Shown here: piece by piece, positions 19,848-28,456 of the stretch | Layout: each line of letters opens with the position of its first letter | How positions within the stretch are numbered: position 1 is the first letter of the stretch | NCBI GenBank assembly: GCA_902462305.1 | Contig: CABQBC010000002.1 | Span: 76,825-140,824 of the forward strand | Direction of reading: 5' to 3' | Length of the DNA: 64,000 nt | DNA from: an uncultured Flavobacteriales bacterium | Lineage (GTDB): Bacteria > Bacteroidota > Bacteroidia > Flavobacteriales > UBA1820 | Position numbers and translations under genes: made by a program | The notes under the pieces: model-generated | Told to the model about the DNA's origin: nothing | What the model saw: only the letters and a program-made list of their open reading frames with translations | Databases searched by the model: none

Positions 19848-21067
19848 CTTTCCAAATTTTTAAATGGATTATACTCCCAAGCATCAAACATAGGATGCGT
19901 AGGGAAAAGCAATATATCTGAGGCTACCAAAGAAGCTATAGGGAAACGTGCATCTTCAGTACACGCCTCTGTACCAGCTACCGTACTTAGCACAGGATAA
20001 TCTCCTGTGGATAATTTCATTCCGGAAGATTTCATAACATCTGTCACTTTCTTCTTAAAACGTTTATCCTTAAACACTGCGGCAAAACGCAAATAATAAT
20101 TGTCCAAGATAGCATCCTGCAGAAATACATCTTTATCAGCCATATGCGACAAATAATATGACCCGTTTTTCTTCCTGATGCCATTCATTGATTTAAGCCG
20201 GTCAAGCATTATCGCTCCAAGGATGTACTGAGCATTGCATAATCCAGAATTTGAACTTATTTTACGATAAGCTTTAAGATTGAATTTATCCGAACTTCTC
20301 TTGCGGGCCAACACTTTATCGGCCAAACAATAAAAAACAGGACGCACTGCAAGTCCGAAAACCGACATTTTAAAAATATATTTCATGTCGCAGAAAAAAC
20401 CACCGTCATATATGCCATTTTGCACATCCAATTCTCTTACCGCACTTACATATTCATCCTTGTATGTGACCACAGCTCCTCCATTGATAGTGCTTAACAT
20501 CTTTGCGCGGCCAAAACTCAATATTGCAAAATCTCCTCTTTGAGATATTATCCCCGGATTATAAATGTCTGTCATCGCAGTTTGGCAGAAATCCTCTATC
20601 ACCGAAAAATTCATCCCGGCCTTTGACTTCAATATGGCACTTATATCGGTAACAGCTCCGAACATATGAGCCACAATTACGGCTAAAGTATTATTAGAAA
20701 TCTTTTCGACTGTTTTCAACGGATCAATACAAAATGTATTAATATTTATATCCGCAAAAACAGGCACAAGTCCAGCATTTTCTACCGCTATCAGTACCGT
20801 AGGACATGTATAAGCGGGGATTATTACCTCTTTCTTTTCCGGTTGCGACGCGGCGAGACTTTTCAACAACGCACAAAGCGCATCCATACCGCTATGGAAA
20901 ATCGCAGATTCTTTCACCGCCAATGTTTTTTCCAATCCCTGTTTGAATTTTGCCCGAGATACACGAATATCCTGAGTAAAAATCCGTTCCATCACTTTCA
21001 CAATATCAGTAAAAGCGATAGGAACAGCCACAGACGGCACCATCATATGATACTTTGGAAATCTCAT
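19844..21067 (-). CDS. DegT/DnrJ/EryC1/StrS-family PLP-dependent sugar aminotransferase
   Basis: Fold-type I aminotransferase layout with SFGRAKML (PLP-lysine context). 4-nt overlap with the downstream deacetylase gene. Confidence 0.8.
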   Translation of the reverse strand: MRFPKYHMMVPSVAVPIAFTDIVKVMERIFTQDIRVSRAKFKQGLEKTLAVKESAIFHSGMDALCALLKSLAASQPEKKEVIIPAYTCPTVLIAVENAGLVPVFADININTFCIDPLKTVEKISNNTLAVIVAHMFGAVTDISAILKSKAGMNFSVIEDFCQTAMTDIYNPGIISQRGDFAILSFGRAKMLSTINGGAVVTYKDEYVSAVRELDVQNGIYDGGFFCDMKYIFKMSVFGLAVRPVFYCLADKVLARKRSSDKFNLKAYRKISSNSGLCNAQYILGAIMLDRLKSMNGIRKKNGSYYLSHMADKDVFLQDAILDNYYLRFAAVFKDKRFKKKVTDVMKSSGMKLSTGDYPVLSTVAGTEACTEDARFPIASLVASDILLFPTHPMFDAWEYNPFKNLER

Positions 21068-21071
21068 TATT

Positions 21072-22058
21072 TCAATAGATGTATTTCGTTACGGCCGACC
21101 CGACCAGCACATTAGCCCACTGAGGCATTATCTTCTTATAAACGGACAGAAGCGTTTTTTTATCCCTCAAGCCACCCGTAACGGGACCAGACTGGTTGAA
21201 ATACAACTGTTTTATCTCCGGTTTCCAATGTTTTTTAAAACCGAGCGTACCCTCGCCCTTGGAACTCCGCCCGAAAGAGAAAACTTTATAGCCGCTATCT
21301 ATGGCGTATTTTATCATCTCGCTGTACGCCAGGTACGGCACGAACAACTTATTGTACTCGTAAAGCGTACCGGCCCAGCAATTCTCTATTATACCGCCGA
21401 ACGACAACAGGAAACATCCGCCGACAGGCTTGCCTTCGTAATACGAACAGAATATTGTAGCCTCACCGTGTTCCCAGCCATCCAACAGGGCGGCAAAAAA
21501 CCGCTTTGGCTGTGGCGGAGAACCGAGACGCGTCATGTTCTTTCGATACACTTTCAGGAAATCGTCCAGAAGTTCGGATTTTCCGCGTTTTACCTCTATT
21601 CCGTTTTCGGAAGCTATGCGTATCTGCCTCCTTACATTGTATTTAAGCCCCGGAAATATACTATCGTGCCCGCCGCTGAGATCCAGATAAGCCGTCACCT
21701 TTTTATCGGAATAATATTCCGACGACTGATGGAAAGACCTTATTTCATACTCTCCGGAAACGGATCTTTCTATCTGCATAGCCACCGCAGGATCGGCACA
21801 TGCGGCTCCTCCGTAAGAGAAATGCGGCATGGAAACGAACCGGCCTTTTATTACCACACCGTTCATAAATCCCGCCATACGGCCAGTGCCATCGTCAACG
21901 TATTTGCGGTATTGCGGCTCATATCCGAACAACCCTGACAATATACGTGGGATCGACGGATTATGGGCAAGGGTGTACTCCCCGGCAACGGGATCCAGAG
22001 AAGATATAAAGTCATCAAGGATATCCCATGAATATGTATCGGATATTATTTCTTTCAC
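21072..22058 (-). CDS. FemAB-like (Acetyltransf_6/GNAT-fold) protein
   Basis: 328 aa. The pattern LKYNVRRQIRIASENGIEV ... FLKVYRKNMTRLGSPPQPKRFF ... GKPVGGCFLL ... FSFGRSSKGEGTLGFKKHW is typical of FemAB-related acyl/aminoacyl transferases. Confidence 0.7.
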   Translation of the reverse strand: MKEIISDTYSWDILDDFISSLDPVAGEYTLAHNPSIPRILSGLFGYEPQYRKYVDDGTGRMAGFMNGVVIKGRFVSMPHFSYGGAACADPAVAMQIERSVSGEYEIRSFHQSSEYYSDKKVTAYLDLSGGHDSIFPGLKYNVRRQIRIASENGIEVKRGKSELLDDFLKVYRKNMTRLGSPPQPKRFFAALLDGWEHGEATIFCSYYEGKPVGGCFLLSFGGIIENCWAGTLYEYNKLFVPYLAYSEMIKYAIDSGYKVFSFGRSSKGEGTLGFKKHWKPEIKQLYFNQSGPVTGGLRDKKTLLSVYKKIMPQWANVLVGSAVTKYIY

Positions 22059-22059
22059 T

Positions 22060-22779
22060 CTATAATCTGTTAAATACTAACATAAGAAAAAACTTGAAGT
22101 CACAGTATATACGTTTAATGCTAACTTTATTAAAAATATATCTGTAGATCATTTCCATTTTTATATCCTGTATCCACTTCGGCGCGCGTTTTACCTTTCC
22201 GGCATATACGTTGAAACTGCCTCCCAAGCCCATCATAGGCACAGGATAGACGCTGTGTATATCGTCGAGCATATATTCCTGTTTGGGAGATCCCATAGCC
22301 ACGAACACAAAATCGGGCCGCTTTTCGCAAATATCCTTTACGAGTACGTCTTTCTCCTGATCGGATTTGAAAAAACCGTTGCGAAAACCGACTATATCCA
22401 TTTCAGGATATTCAACATGCAGCTTTTTCACCACTTCATCTATCACCTGCTGTTCGGCGCCTACCAGATAATACTTCGCTACCGGATAACGCTTTATTAT
22501 CTCCAGCCACAAGTCGCACCCTGCTATCTTTACCGCTCCTTTTACTCCTTTCCTTTCCAAAGCCCATACCGCACCCACGCCGTCGCAATAACCGATATTT
22601 GAGTTTATTATATCCTTGAGCCTTTGCTGGCTGTAATACAGTTTATCGGAATTACATGCCACCATTATGCTTCGCGTGCTTACAGCAGCATCTATTATAT
22701 CGTCAAAACCCGAGAACGAATAAACCTTTATGCCGTTCAACACAGCACCGGGCCTTCCGTAAAAAACATCTGCCGTCAT
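22060..22779 (-). CDS. WecB/TagA/CpsF-family glycosyltransferase (WecG/TagA-like ManNAc(A) transferase)
   Basis: 239 aa. Motifs CDGVGAVWA, YYLVGAEQQV and FVAMGSPKQEY are characteristic of the GT26 family. Confidence 0.85.
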   Translation of the reverse strand: MTADVFYGRPGAVLNGIKVYSFSGFDDIIDAAVSTRSIMVACNSDKLYYSQQRLKDIINSNIGYCDGVGAVWALERKGVKGAVKIAGCDLWLEIIKRYPVAKYYLVGAEQQVIDEVVKKLHVEYPEMDIVGFRNGFFKSDQEKDVLVKDICEKRPDFVFVAMGSPKQEYMLDDIHSVYPVPMMGLGGSFNVYAGKVKRAPKWIQDIKMEMIYRYIFNKVSIKRIYCDFKFFLMLVFNRL

Positions 22780-22788
22780 ATATTTCCG

Positions 22789-23793
22789 CTATATGGTTTT
22801 AACAACAACTCCTCCCCACGAATATCCCACTCCGAAACCTGCCAACAGAATATTCATTCCCGGAGATAACTTACCTTCCTCCATCGCATTGTACAGCGCT
22901 ATCGGCACTGTGGACGAAACTGTATTACCCGTTTTTTCCATATACAAATAGAATTTTTCCTCCGGAATGCCTATTTTTTTACGCAGGAAATTCAACATGT
23001 ATTTGTTAGCTTGGTGAAAAACGAAAAAATCGATTTCATCCATTTTCATGTCGTTTTTCCCGAGAGTTTCATCAACCAGTGCAGGTACAGCTTCGAGCGT
23101 AAAATTGAATATCTCGCTCCCGTTCATGTACAGATAATCCGACGATACCGGGTTTCCGTTTTCATCGAAAGTCAAGTCATTAGCTGCGCCTGGATGACGG
23201 GCCCCTCCGTTTTTAACAATAAGGTTGCCGGCACCTTTACCGTCGGTCCCCAGCCCGAAATCCATTATCTGTGCAATTCCGTTGTCGGAAACGATCGTAG
23301 CCGATGCCCCGTCGCCGAAAATAGTGCGGTTACCTTTGTCTCTGGGATGTATATATTTGTTATATGTTTCAGCCGTTAGCAACAATACATTGCGGGCTAT
23401 ACCCGCACAAACCAGTCCTTTTGCAAGAGAAAGACCGTATATATATCCTGAACAACCCAGATTGAAATCCAGTGCGCCGCACGAAGTACTCAATCCGAGC
23501 CGGTCCTGAAGCACACAAGCCGTAGTCGGCAAAAAATAATCAGGGCTTTGCGTACATAACAGAACAAAATCGACCTCATCCCTTTTCACATTTCCCCTGG
23601 AGAACAGCCTTTCGGCGGCTTCTGCGGCCAAATCGGATGCTGTCTGACCTTCGGAAGCAACATGTCTTTCAGATACGCCTATTTTGGAGGCCACTTTTTC
23701 CACACTCCATTCGGGAAAATCCTTTACCAACTGTTCGTTCGTAACTATTGTTTGCGGGACATAGTACCCGATATCTTTTATATACGCTTTCAT
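22789..23793 (-). CDS. 3-oxoacyl-ACP synthase III (FabH-like KAS III)
   Basis: 334 aa. NLGCSGYIYGL (active-site Cys), HQAN and GNTVSSTVP motifs. Confidence 0.9.
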   Translation of the reverse strand: MKAYIKDIGYYVPQTIVTNEQLVKDFPEWSVEKVASKIGVSERHVASEGQTASDLAAEAAERLFSRGNVKRDEVDFVLLCTQSPDYFLPTTACVLQDRLGLSTSCGALDFNLGCSGYIYGLSLAKGLVCAGIARNVLLLTAETYNKYIHPRDKGNRTIFGDGASATIVSDNGIAQIMDFGLGTDGKGAGNLIVKNGGARHPGAANDLTFDENGNPVSSDYLYMNGSEIFNFTLEAVPALVDETLGKNDMKMDEIDFFVFHQANKYMLNFLRKKIGIPEEKFYLYMEKTGNTVSSTVPIALYNAMEEGKLSPGMNILLAGFGVGYSWGGVVVKTI

Positions 23794-23837
23794 AACTAAA
23801 TAGTTTTTTTAACTTCAGAATATTGTATATGAAAAAA

Positions 23838-24584
23838 TCATTGCAAAGTAAAGCCCCCGTCAAGCACCATGCCGATTCCCGTCATAAAGGACGATGCACC
23901 GGACAAAAGGAAAACCACGGCATAGGCCACTTCTTCCGGCCGGCCGTACCGTTTCATAGGATATTTTTCCATATCTGCACGAAGTTGCTCGCCTGTGATC
24001 GTCCCGGCTTCGAGCAACCCGGTATCTATCATTCCGGGACACACCGCATTCACTCTGATATTTTTCGGAGCGAGTTCCAGAGCGGCTACTCTGACAAACG
24101 AGCTGACCGCTCCTTTCGATGCCGAGTACATGGCATTCCCAACAATGGCGCTGCTCACACCAGCCACCGACGAAATGAACACGATGCTGCCGCCTTTGAC
24201 TATTTTTTTCTTTTTTAACAATTTTTGGGTAAGCAACACTGGAGCAACAGTATTTATATTCAATACCGTTTCCAAGTCGGCACGGTTTACGAATTGTACG
24301 GGAAGAGTCTTCACTATTCCCGCATTATTTACCACACCGTCCAATTTAGGGAGGCTTTCCGCCAAATGCTCTATATCGCTGTCATCGGCCATATCCGCCA
24401 CGAAAACACAATGCCCCTGTCCGTCCATCATTGACAGAGTTTCCCTGAGCCTGTCTTCACTACGGGCAGTTATCATAACGTTAGCTCCCATTCTTGAGCA
24501 TTCCACGGCCGTAGCTCTGCCTATTCCGGATGATGCTCCGGTTACAAGCACTGTTTTTCCTTCTAATGAATACGGGTTGTACAT
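23838..24584 (-). CDS. SDR-family oxidoreductase (FabG-like ketoreductase)
   Basis: TGASSGIGRA cofactor motif and the YSASK catalytic motif. 248 aa. Confidence 0.9.
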   Translation of the reverse strand: MYNPYSLEGKTVLVTGASSGIGRATAVECSRMGANVMITARSEDRLRETLSMMDGQGHCVFVADMADDSDIEHLAESLPKLDGVVNNAGIVKTLPVQFVNRADLETVLNINTVAPVLLTQKLLKKKKIVKGGSIVFISSVAGVSSAIVGNAMYSASKGAVSSFVRVAALELAPKNIRVNAVCPGMIDTGLLEAGTITGEQLRADMEKYPMKRYGRPEEVAYAVVFLLSGASSFMTGIGMVLDGGFTLQ

Positions 24585-24725
24585 AATTTATAATTCTATT
24601 AACGACGGACACATCCCATCCACATTCCAACTCATCCATAAATCCAGAAACAGCCGCGCTATACATATTCCAGAACCGCACGCCCCGTCCATAGTACCTG
24701 GCTATTCCCTCAGAAAGAACCGTTA

Positions 24726-24959
24726 TCAGCCTTTTTTGGATTTGACTATATCGAACAGATCCGCTATCGTACGGGAATTACGGATATCATCGCCTTTTAT
24801 AGTGACCTTATATTCCTGGTCCACCATAGCTATTATCGTCAAAGCCGCAAGCGATGTCCATTCTTCCAAATCACGGAAATTGGTTTCCGGCTTGAATTCC
24901 GACGGATCCGTTTCATCAAACTGAGCTGCAAAATTTTCTACAAATTCTTTTATTTCCAT
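24726..24959 (-). CDS. acyl carrier protein-like
   Basis: 77 aa acidic helical protein. DLEEWTSLAALTIIAMV is the phosphopantetheine-attachment-type helix. Sits next to the KASIII and SDR genes. Confidence 0.75.
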   Translation of the reverse strand: MEIKEFVENFAAQFDETDPSEFKPETNFRDLEEWTSLAALTIIAMVDQEYKVTIKGDDIRNSRTIADLFDIVKSKKG

Positions 24960-24972
24960 AATTGTATCGATT

Positions 24973-25920
24973 TTATTTTGTGTTCTTCAAAGATACGATT
25001 AATTCATTTAGCTTTTCCCTCAACTCCGCACTTACCTTATGCCGGCCGTATAGAGACTCTCCGCTCAGAAGCATATTAAGGCAAAAAACCACCATTCTGC
25101 GCATATCTATCACTAAGACCTCTCCTTCTCCGAGTTTACGTGCGCTCATGGCTCCGCATTCCAACAACCCTTCTCGCAGTTTCCAGGGGTTCCTCCTTAT
25201 ACTGGCAGATTGCAGATGTAATGGTGTTTTTACCGTCAACTCATGGCCGTCGTAGTCCACAACCTTCACATCATATGTTTCAGTATATATTTTTACGGGA
25301 TATAGCGGTCCTACCATATCTTCTACCGCATGCAATTCTGTAATATTATCCATTGTAGCCCCGAACATTACAATCTTCCCGTTGTTTTCTATCAATTTAC
25401 GGTACGGGCTGTTTTGCCCGAAAGGAGTCTCGTCCAAATGGTGGGCCGACACATACTCATCAGCACGCGGGCCTATGGCCACGACCGAATGCGTAGGATG
25501 AAGACTCCGTTTGGCCCCGTCCATCAAAGCAAAATATTCGTTCACCGCACCTACTGCAACAGGTGCAGTACGGACATCGAAAACAGTATCCACATGCGGG
25601 AACGAATACGGGAGCGCCGATAATAAAAGCGTATGTTTTGACGTATCGACAGTCTTTTCAATCCGTTCGGCCAAAAACTTGGTGCCGCCGGCCACCTTTC
25701 CTATATTCATAGTCGAGGTATGAAACATTACATCGCATCCCAACTGCATTTCATCGAATACAGAATCGACTTCCTCTTTAGAAATACGCGTGCGTTTCAT
25801 CCTCTCAGATATCTGCTTCAGATAACGCTTTTCACCCCTGCGCTTTACCGCCCGTTTCAAAAAACCGGGAGCCAACGCAAAAAACACAATGTCGAAATAT
25901 CTTTTTAAATGTCTTTTCAT
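24973..25920 (-). CDS. AAC(3)-fold (Antibiotic_NAT-like) N-acyltransferase
   Basis: Matches the aminoglycoside 3-N-acetyltransferase fold: VMFHTSTMNIGKVAGG, RSLHPTHSVVAIGPRADEY and FGATMDNITELHAVE. Confidence 0.7.
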   Translation of the reverse strand: MKRHLKRYFDIVFFALAPGFLKRAVKRRGEKRYLKQISERMKRTRISKEEVDSVFDEMQLGCDVMFHTSTMNIGKVAGGTKFLAERIEKTVDTSKHTLLLSALPYSFPHVDTVFDVRTAPVAVGAVNEYFALMDGAKRSLHPTHSVVAIGPRADEYVSAHHLDETPFGQNSPYRKLIENNGKIVMFGATMDNITELHAVEDMVGPLYPVKIYTETYDVKVVDYDGHELTVKTPLHLQSASIRRNPWKLREGLLECGAMSARKLGEGEVLVIDMRRMVVFCLNMLLSGESLYGRHKVSAELREKLNELIVSLKNTK

Positions 25921-25938
25921 TGTAAAAACATCTGTTAA

Positions 25939-27207
25939 TCATTTTACAAAGTCATAAGCGCCATTTTTGGATGCCTCAAGCATATAATGTGACATAGCAT
26001 TGAACATGAACGCATTGCTCCAACGCATGTAAGGTATTTTAGAACTCACGCCCTTTTTAAGCTGATAATAAAAATACCCTTTTTCATCCTGCATATTGGC
26101 GATAGTCCAATTCATTACCTTATCGGCAAGATCGCGGCATTTCCCATCGAACCTGTGCAAACGCGAGAGTGTCACAAACAATTGTCCGGGACAGTGTATG
26201 TCTATCGGATAGGTCATGTCATGGTAATACTTCGGAGTGCCGTCGGGCTCGAAAAAATTATTCACGTAAAATTCAAATCCGCGTTCCATGTTGCCGTCAA
26301 AAGACTTATCGCCGGTCGTTTCACCGTAACAAGCAAGAGCGTCGAGATTATATCCCGTATGAAAACTGTCTATCCAACCCTGCACCGGCGAAGTGCCGTA
26401 AACCCACGAACCATCATCTGCCTGAGCGCGACAACATGCCATGACAGAAGCCTGCGCCGCATCCAGGCACTCCCTGTCACCGGTATGCGCATAACACATA
26501 CCCAACAGTTTGCTTCCCAAAAGAGAAGCATTGAAAACGGTATTGTTTCCTTCAAGCGGGCTGTATGAAAACAAGAATCCTCCTTCGAACTCGGTACGAT
26601 GCAGATCGTTAAGCACAAACCGCGATGAGGACAATGCCACGTCGAGATATTTTCCGTTGCCCGTAATCCTTGCGGCATCCTCGAGCGCGGTAGCGCAAAA
26701 TGCAGTCGCCACCACCGTAGGAGTATTCTTGGGGAAAAGAAATTCCAGCCGCGCCTGCCAGTCGAAATTATACCCCCAGCAAGCTCCGCTGTAACCCTCG
26801 GACTTCAACCCTATGAGTATCCCGGCCAGTTCGTCTATCCGCGATATCAATTCTTCTTCATCCCCAAGATACCCGGCCATGAAAGGATGCGCATGTACGG
26901 TTTCGTACAAGTTGCAATAACCTTGCAAAAACAGGCCGACACCTTTGGCATTGTATTCTTTCGGGACCATGAACATACGGCGCAGATTGAACGGCGAACG
27001 CTTGAATCCCTGTATCATCACCAAACGGAGAAACCCGGATTTTTTCAAAAGCGGAATGCTCGAAAACACCTTTGAATTGAGCCCGTCATAAGGGTCCCAA
27101 CCTTTGAACTTCTCCGCCTGACAATACCGGCACAGTTTTTCAAATGCCTTTAAAGTTTTTCCGGCCATTGTATTTTCCGTCGTTCCTATTTCCATTTCTT
27201 CACTCAT
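25939..27207 (-). CDS. conserved hypothetical enzyme, possibly an alpha/alpha-toroid fold
   Basis: 422 aa with no signal peptide. Motifs GWDPYDGLNS, CWGYNFDWQ and DDGSWVYG. I do not recognise the family. Confidence 0.6.
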   Translation of the reverse strand: MSEEMEIGTTENTMAGKTLKAFEKLCRYCQAEKFKGWDPYDGLNSKVFSSIPLLKKSGFLRLVMIQGFKRSPFNLRRMFMVPKEYNAKGVGLFLQGYCNLYETVHAHPFMAGYLGDEEELISRIDELAGILIGLKSEGYSGACWGYNFDWQARLEFLFPKNTPTVVATAFCATALEDAARITGNGKYLDVALSSSRFVLNDLHRTEFEGGFLFSYSPLEGNNTVFNASLLGSKLLGMCYAHTGDRECLDAAQASVMACCRAQADDGSWVYGTSPVQGWIDSFHTGYNLDALACYGETTGDKSFDGNMERGFEFYVNNFFEPDGTPKYYHDMTYPIDIHCPGQLFVTLSRLHRFDGKCRDLADKVMNWTIANMQDEKGYFYYQLKKGVSSKIPYMRWSNAFMFNAMSHYMLEASKNGAYDFVK

Positions 27208-27298
27208 TATCTAAATTCAGAATCTGACAGGGCATCCGTCCTTATGTATCTGTATTTTACCGGAATCCTGTTTTTGCACAAATAGTTTCATATATTCA

Positions 27299-28333
27299 CT
27301 ATACTCTATATATTTCATGATAAAATTTGCGGTAGTCTTTACACTCATTATTAACGTTTTTTAAACACCCGCCACTCACCACGCTTACAATTTTATCTGC
27401 AAAATCCACACAATCCCTATTTCTGAACAGTACGGTTCCGCCAGGTCTTGGCACGACATCGGAAGCTACAACAGATTTTCCTAAATATAAAGCCTCGCGT
27501 ATAGAAATTGCATCTCCATCGGTATTGGTCGGCCTCAGTACCACATCCGCCCGAAGGATCAATCGTATAAAAGAAACTGGGGATTCCCAAATCAACACAT
27601 TTTCAGATATACCATATTCGATTATATTGTTTTTATATTGTTCCATCAACAAAACCTGGTCAGTATTGTTAGCGACAACAAACAACAAATAAAAGTTTTT
27701 TAAATTATCATTTGTTTTCAACATGCGGATCATTTCAATACACATGTCCAATCCATATAAGTCGACATTCTCATGCAACACCAAATTCCCGGCATTAGAC
27801 ACCAGCAATACGTTGTTGTCAGATTGCCTGACATTGTCAATCCACGATAACAAATCCGCCGGCAAATCAGATTCAGACTCTACGTCGGGAGGCAAAAATG
27901 CAGGCATAACATAATAACGGCAGGTCGAAGATTGCTTGTATAACATATTGTAAACGACTTGACTCACGCAAACGACTACATTACAACAACCGACAGCCCA
28001 TCTTGTAAATTTAAAAAACGGTTCGATGGACAGATCTCTATGAATGGTCACTATTGTGCGTTTTCTCAAAATAATAGCGCACATGAATACGTTGAACAGC
28101 CGCAAGATATAATGCCCGCTATGTATATGAACGATATCTGCCTGGAAAACTTTCTTCAAATACAAGAAAATATTCAATGAACGAATATTAAAAACACCAG
28201 GGTACCTTACTTTTCCCTCATCGACGAAATCGAACGAATAATCTCCTTTCAACAACGAAACCAGACGTTTGATATGGATACTGACCCCGCCTATATTTTG
28301 CGGTGCAGGACCGATTTGCAATATTCTTTTCAT
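27299..28333 (-). CDS. glycosyltransferase, GT-B fold (GT4-like)
   Basis: I prefer the start MKRILQIGPAPQNIGGVSIH at 28333. C-terminal DGDAISIREALYLGKSVVASDV resembles the EX7E region. Confidence 0.8.
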   Translation of the reverse strand: MKRILQIGPAPQNIGGVSIHIKRLVSLLKGDYSFDFVDEGKVRYPGVFNIRSLNIFLYLKKVFQADIVHIHSGHYILRLFNVFMCAIILRKRTIVTIHRDLSIEPFFKFTRWAVGCCNVVVCVSQVVYNMLYKQSSTCRYYVMPAFLPPDVESESDLPADLLSWIDNVRQSDNNVLLVSNAGNLVLHENVDLYGLDMCIEMIRMLKTNDNLKNFYLLFVVANNTDQVLLMEQYKNNIIEYGISENVLIWESPVSFIRLILRADVVLRPTNTDGDAISIREALYLGKSVVASDVVPRPGGTVLFRNRDCVDFADKIVSVVSGGCLKNVNNECKDYRKFYHEIYRV

Positions 28334-28456
28334 AAATTCACATTTATTACAGACAAGGCCAAAATTCCGATTTCTCCGAACAACCGGTGGTTCCGGTCTT
28401 AAATACAAAAAAAACGAATGATGTGAATGTCATTTTATTACTTTTCAGGGTGGACA

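Noticed and set aside
24585-24725. 66-aa ORF (24481-24681, minus strand) filling the 140-nt gap between the ACP and SDR genes.
   Set aside because: It needs a GTG start. It overlaps the SDR gene start in another frame, and its second half is clearly out-of-frame SDR sequence. It is most likely just a spacer.
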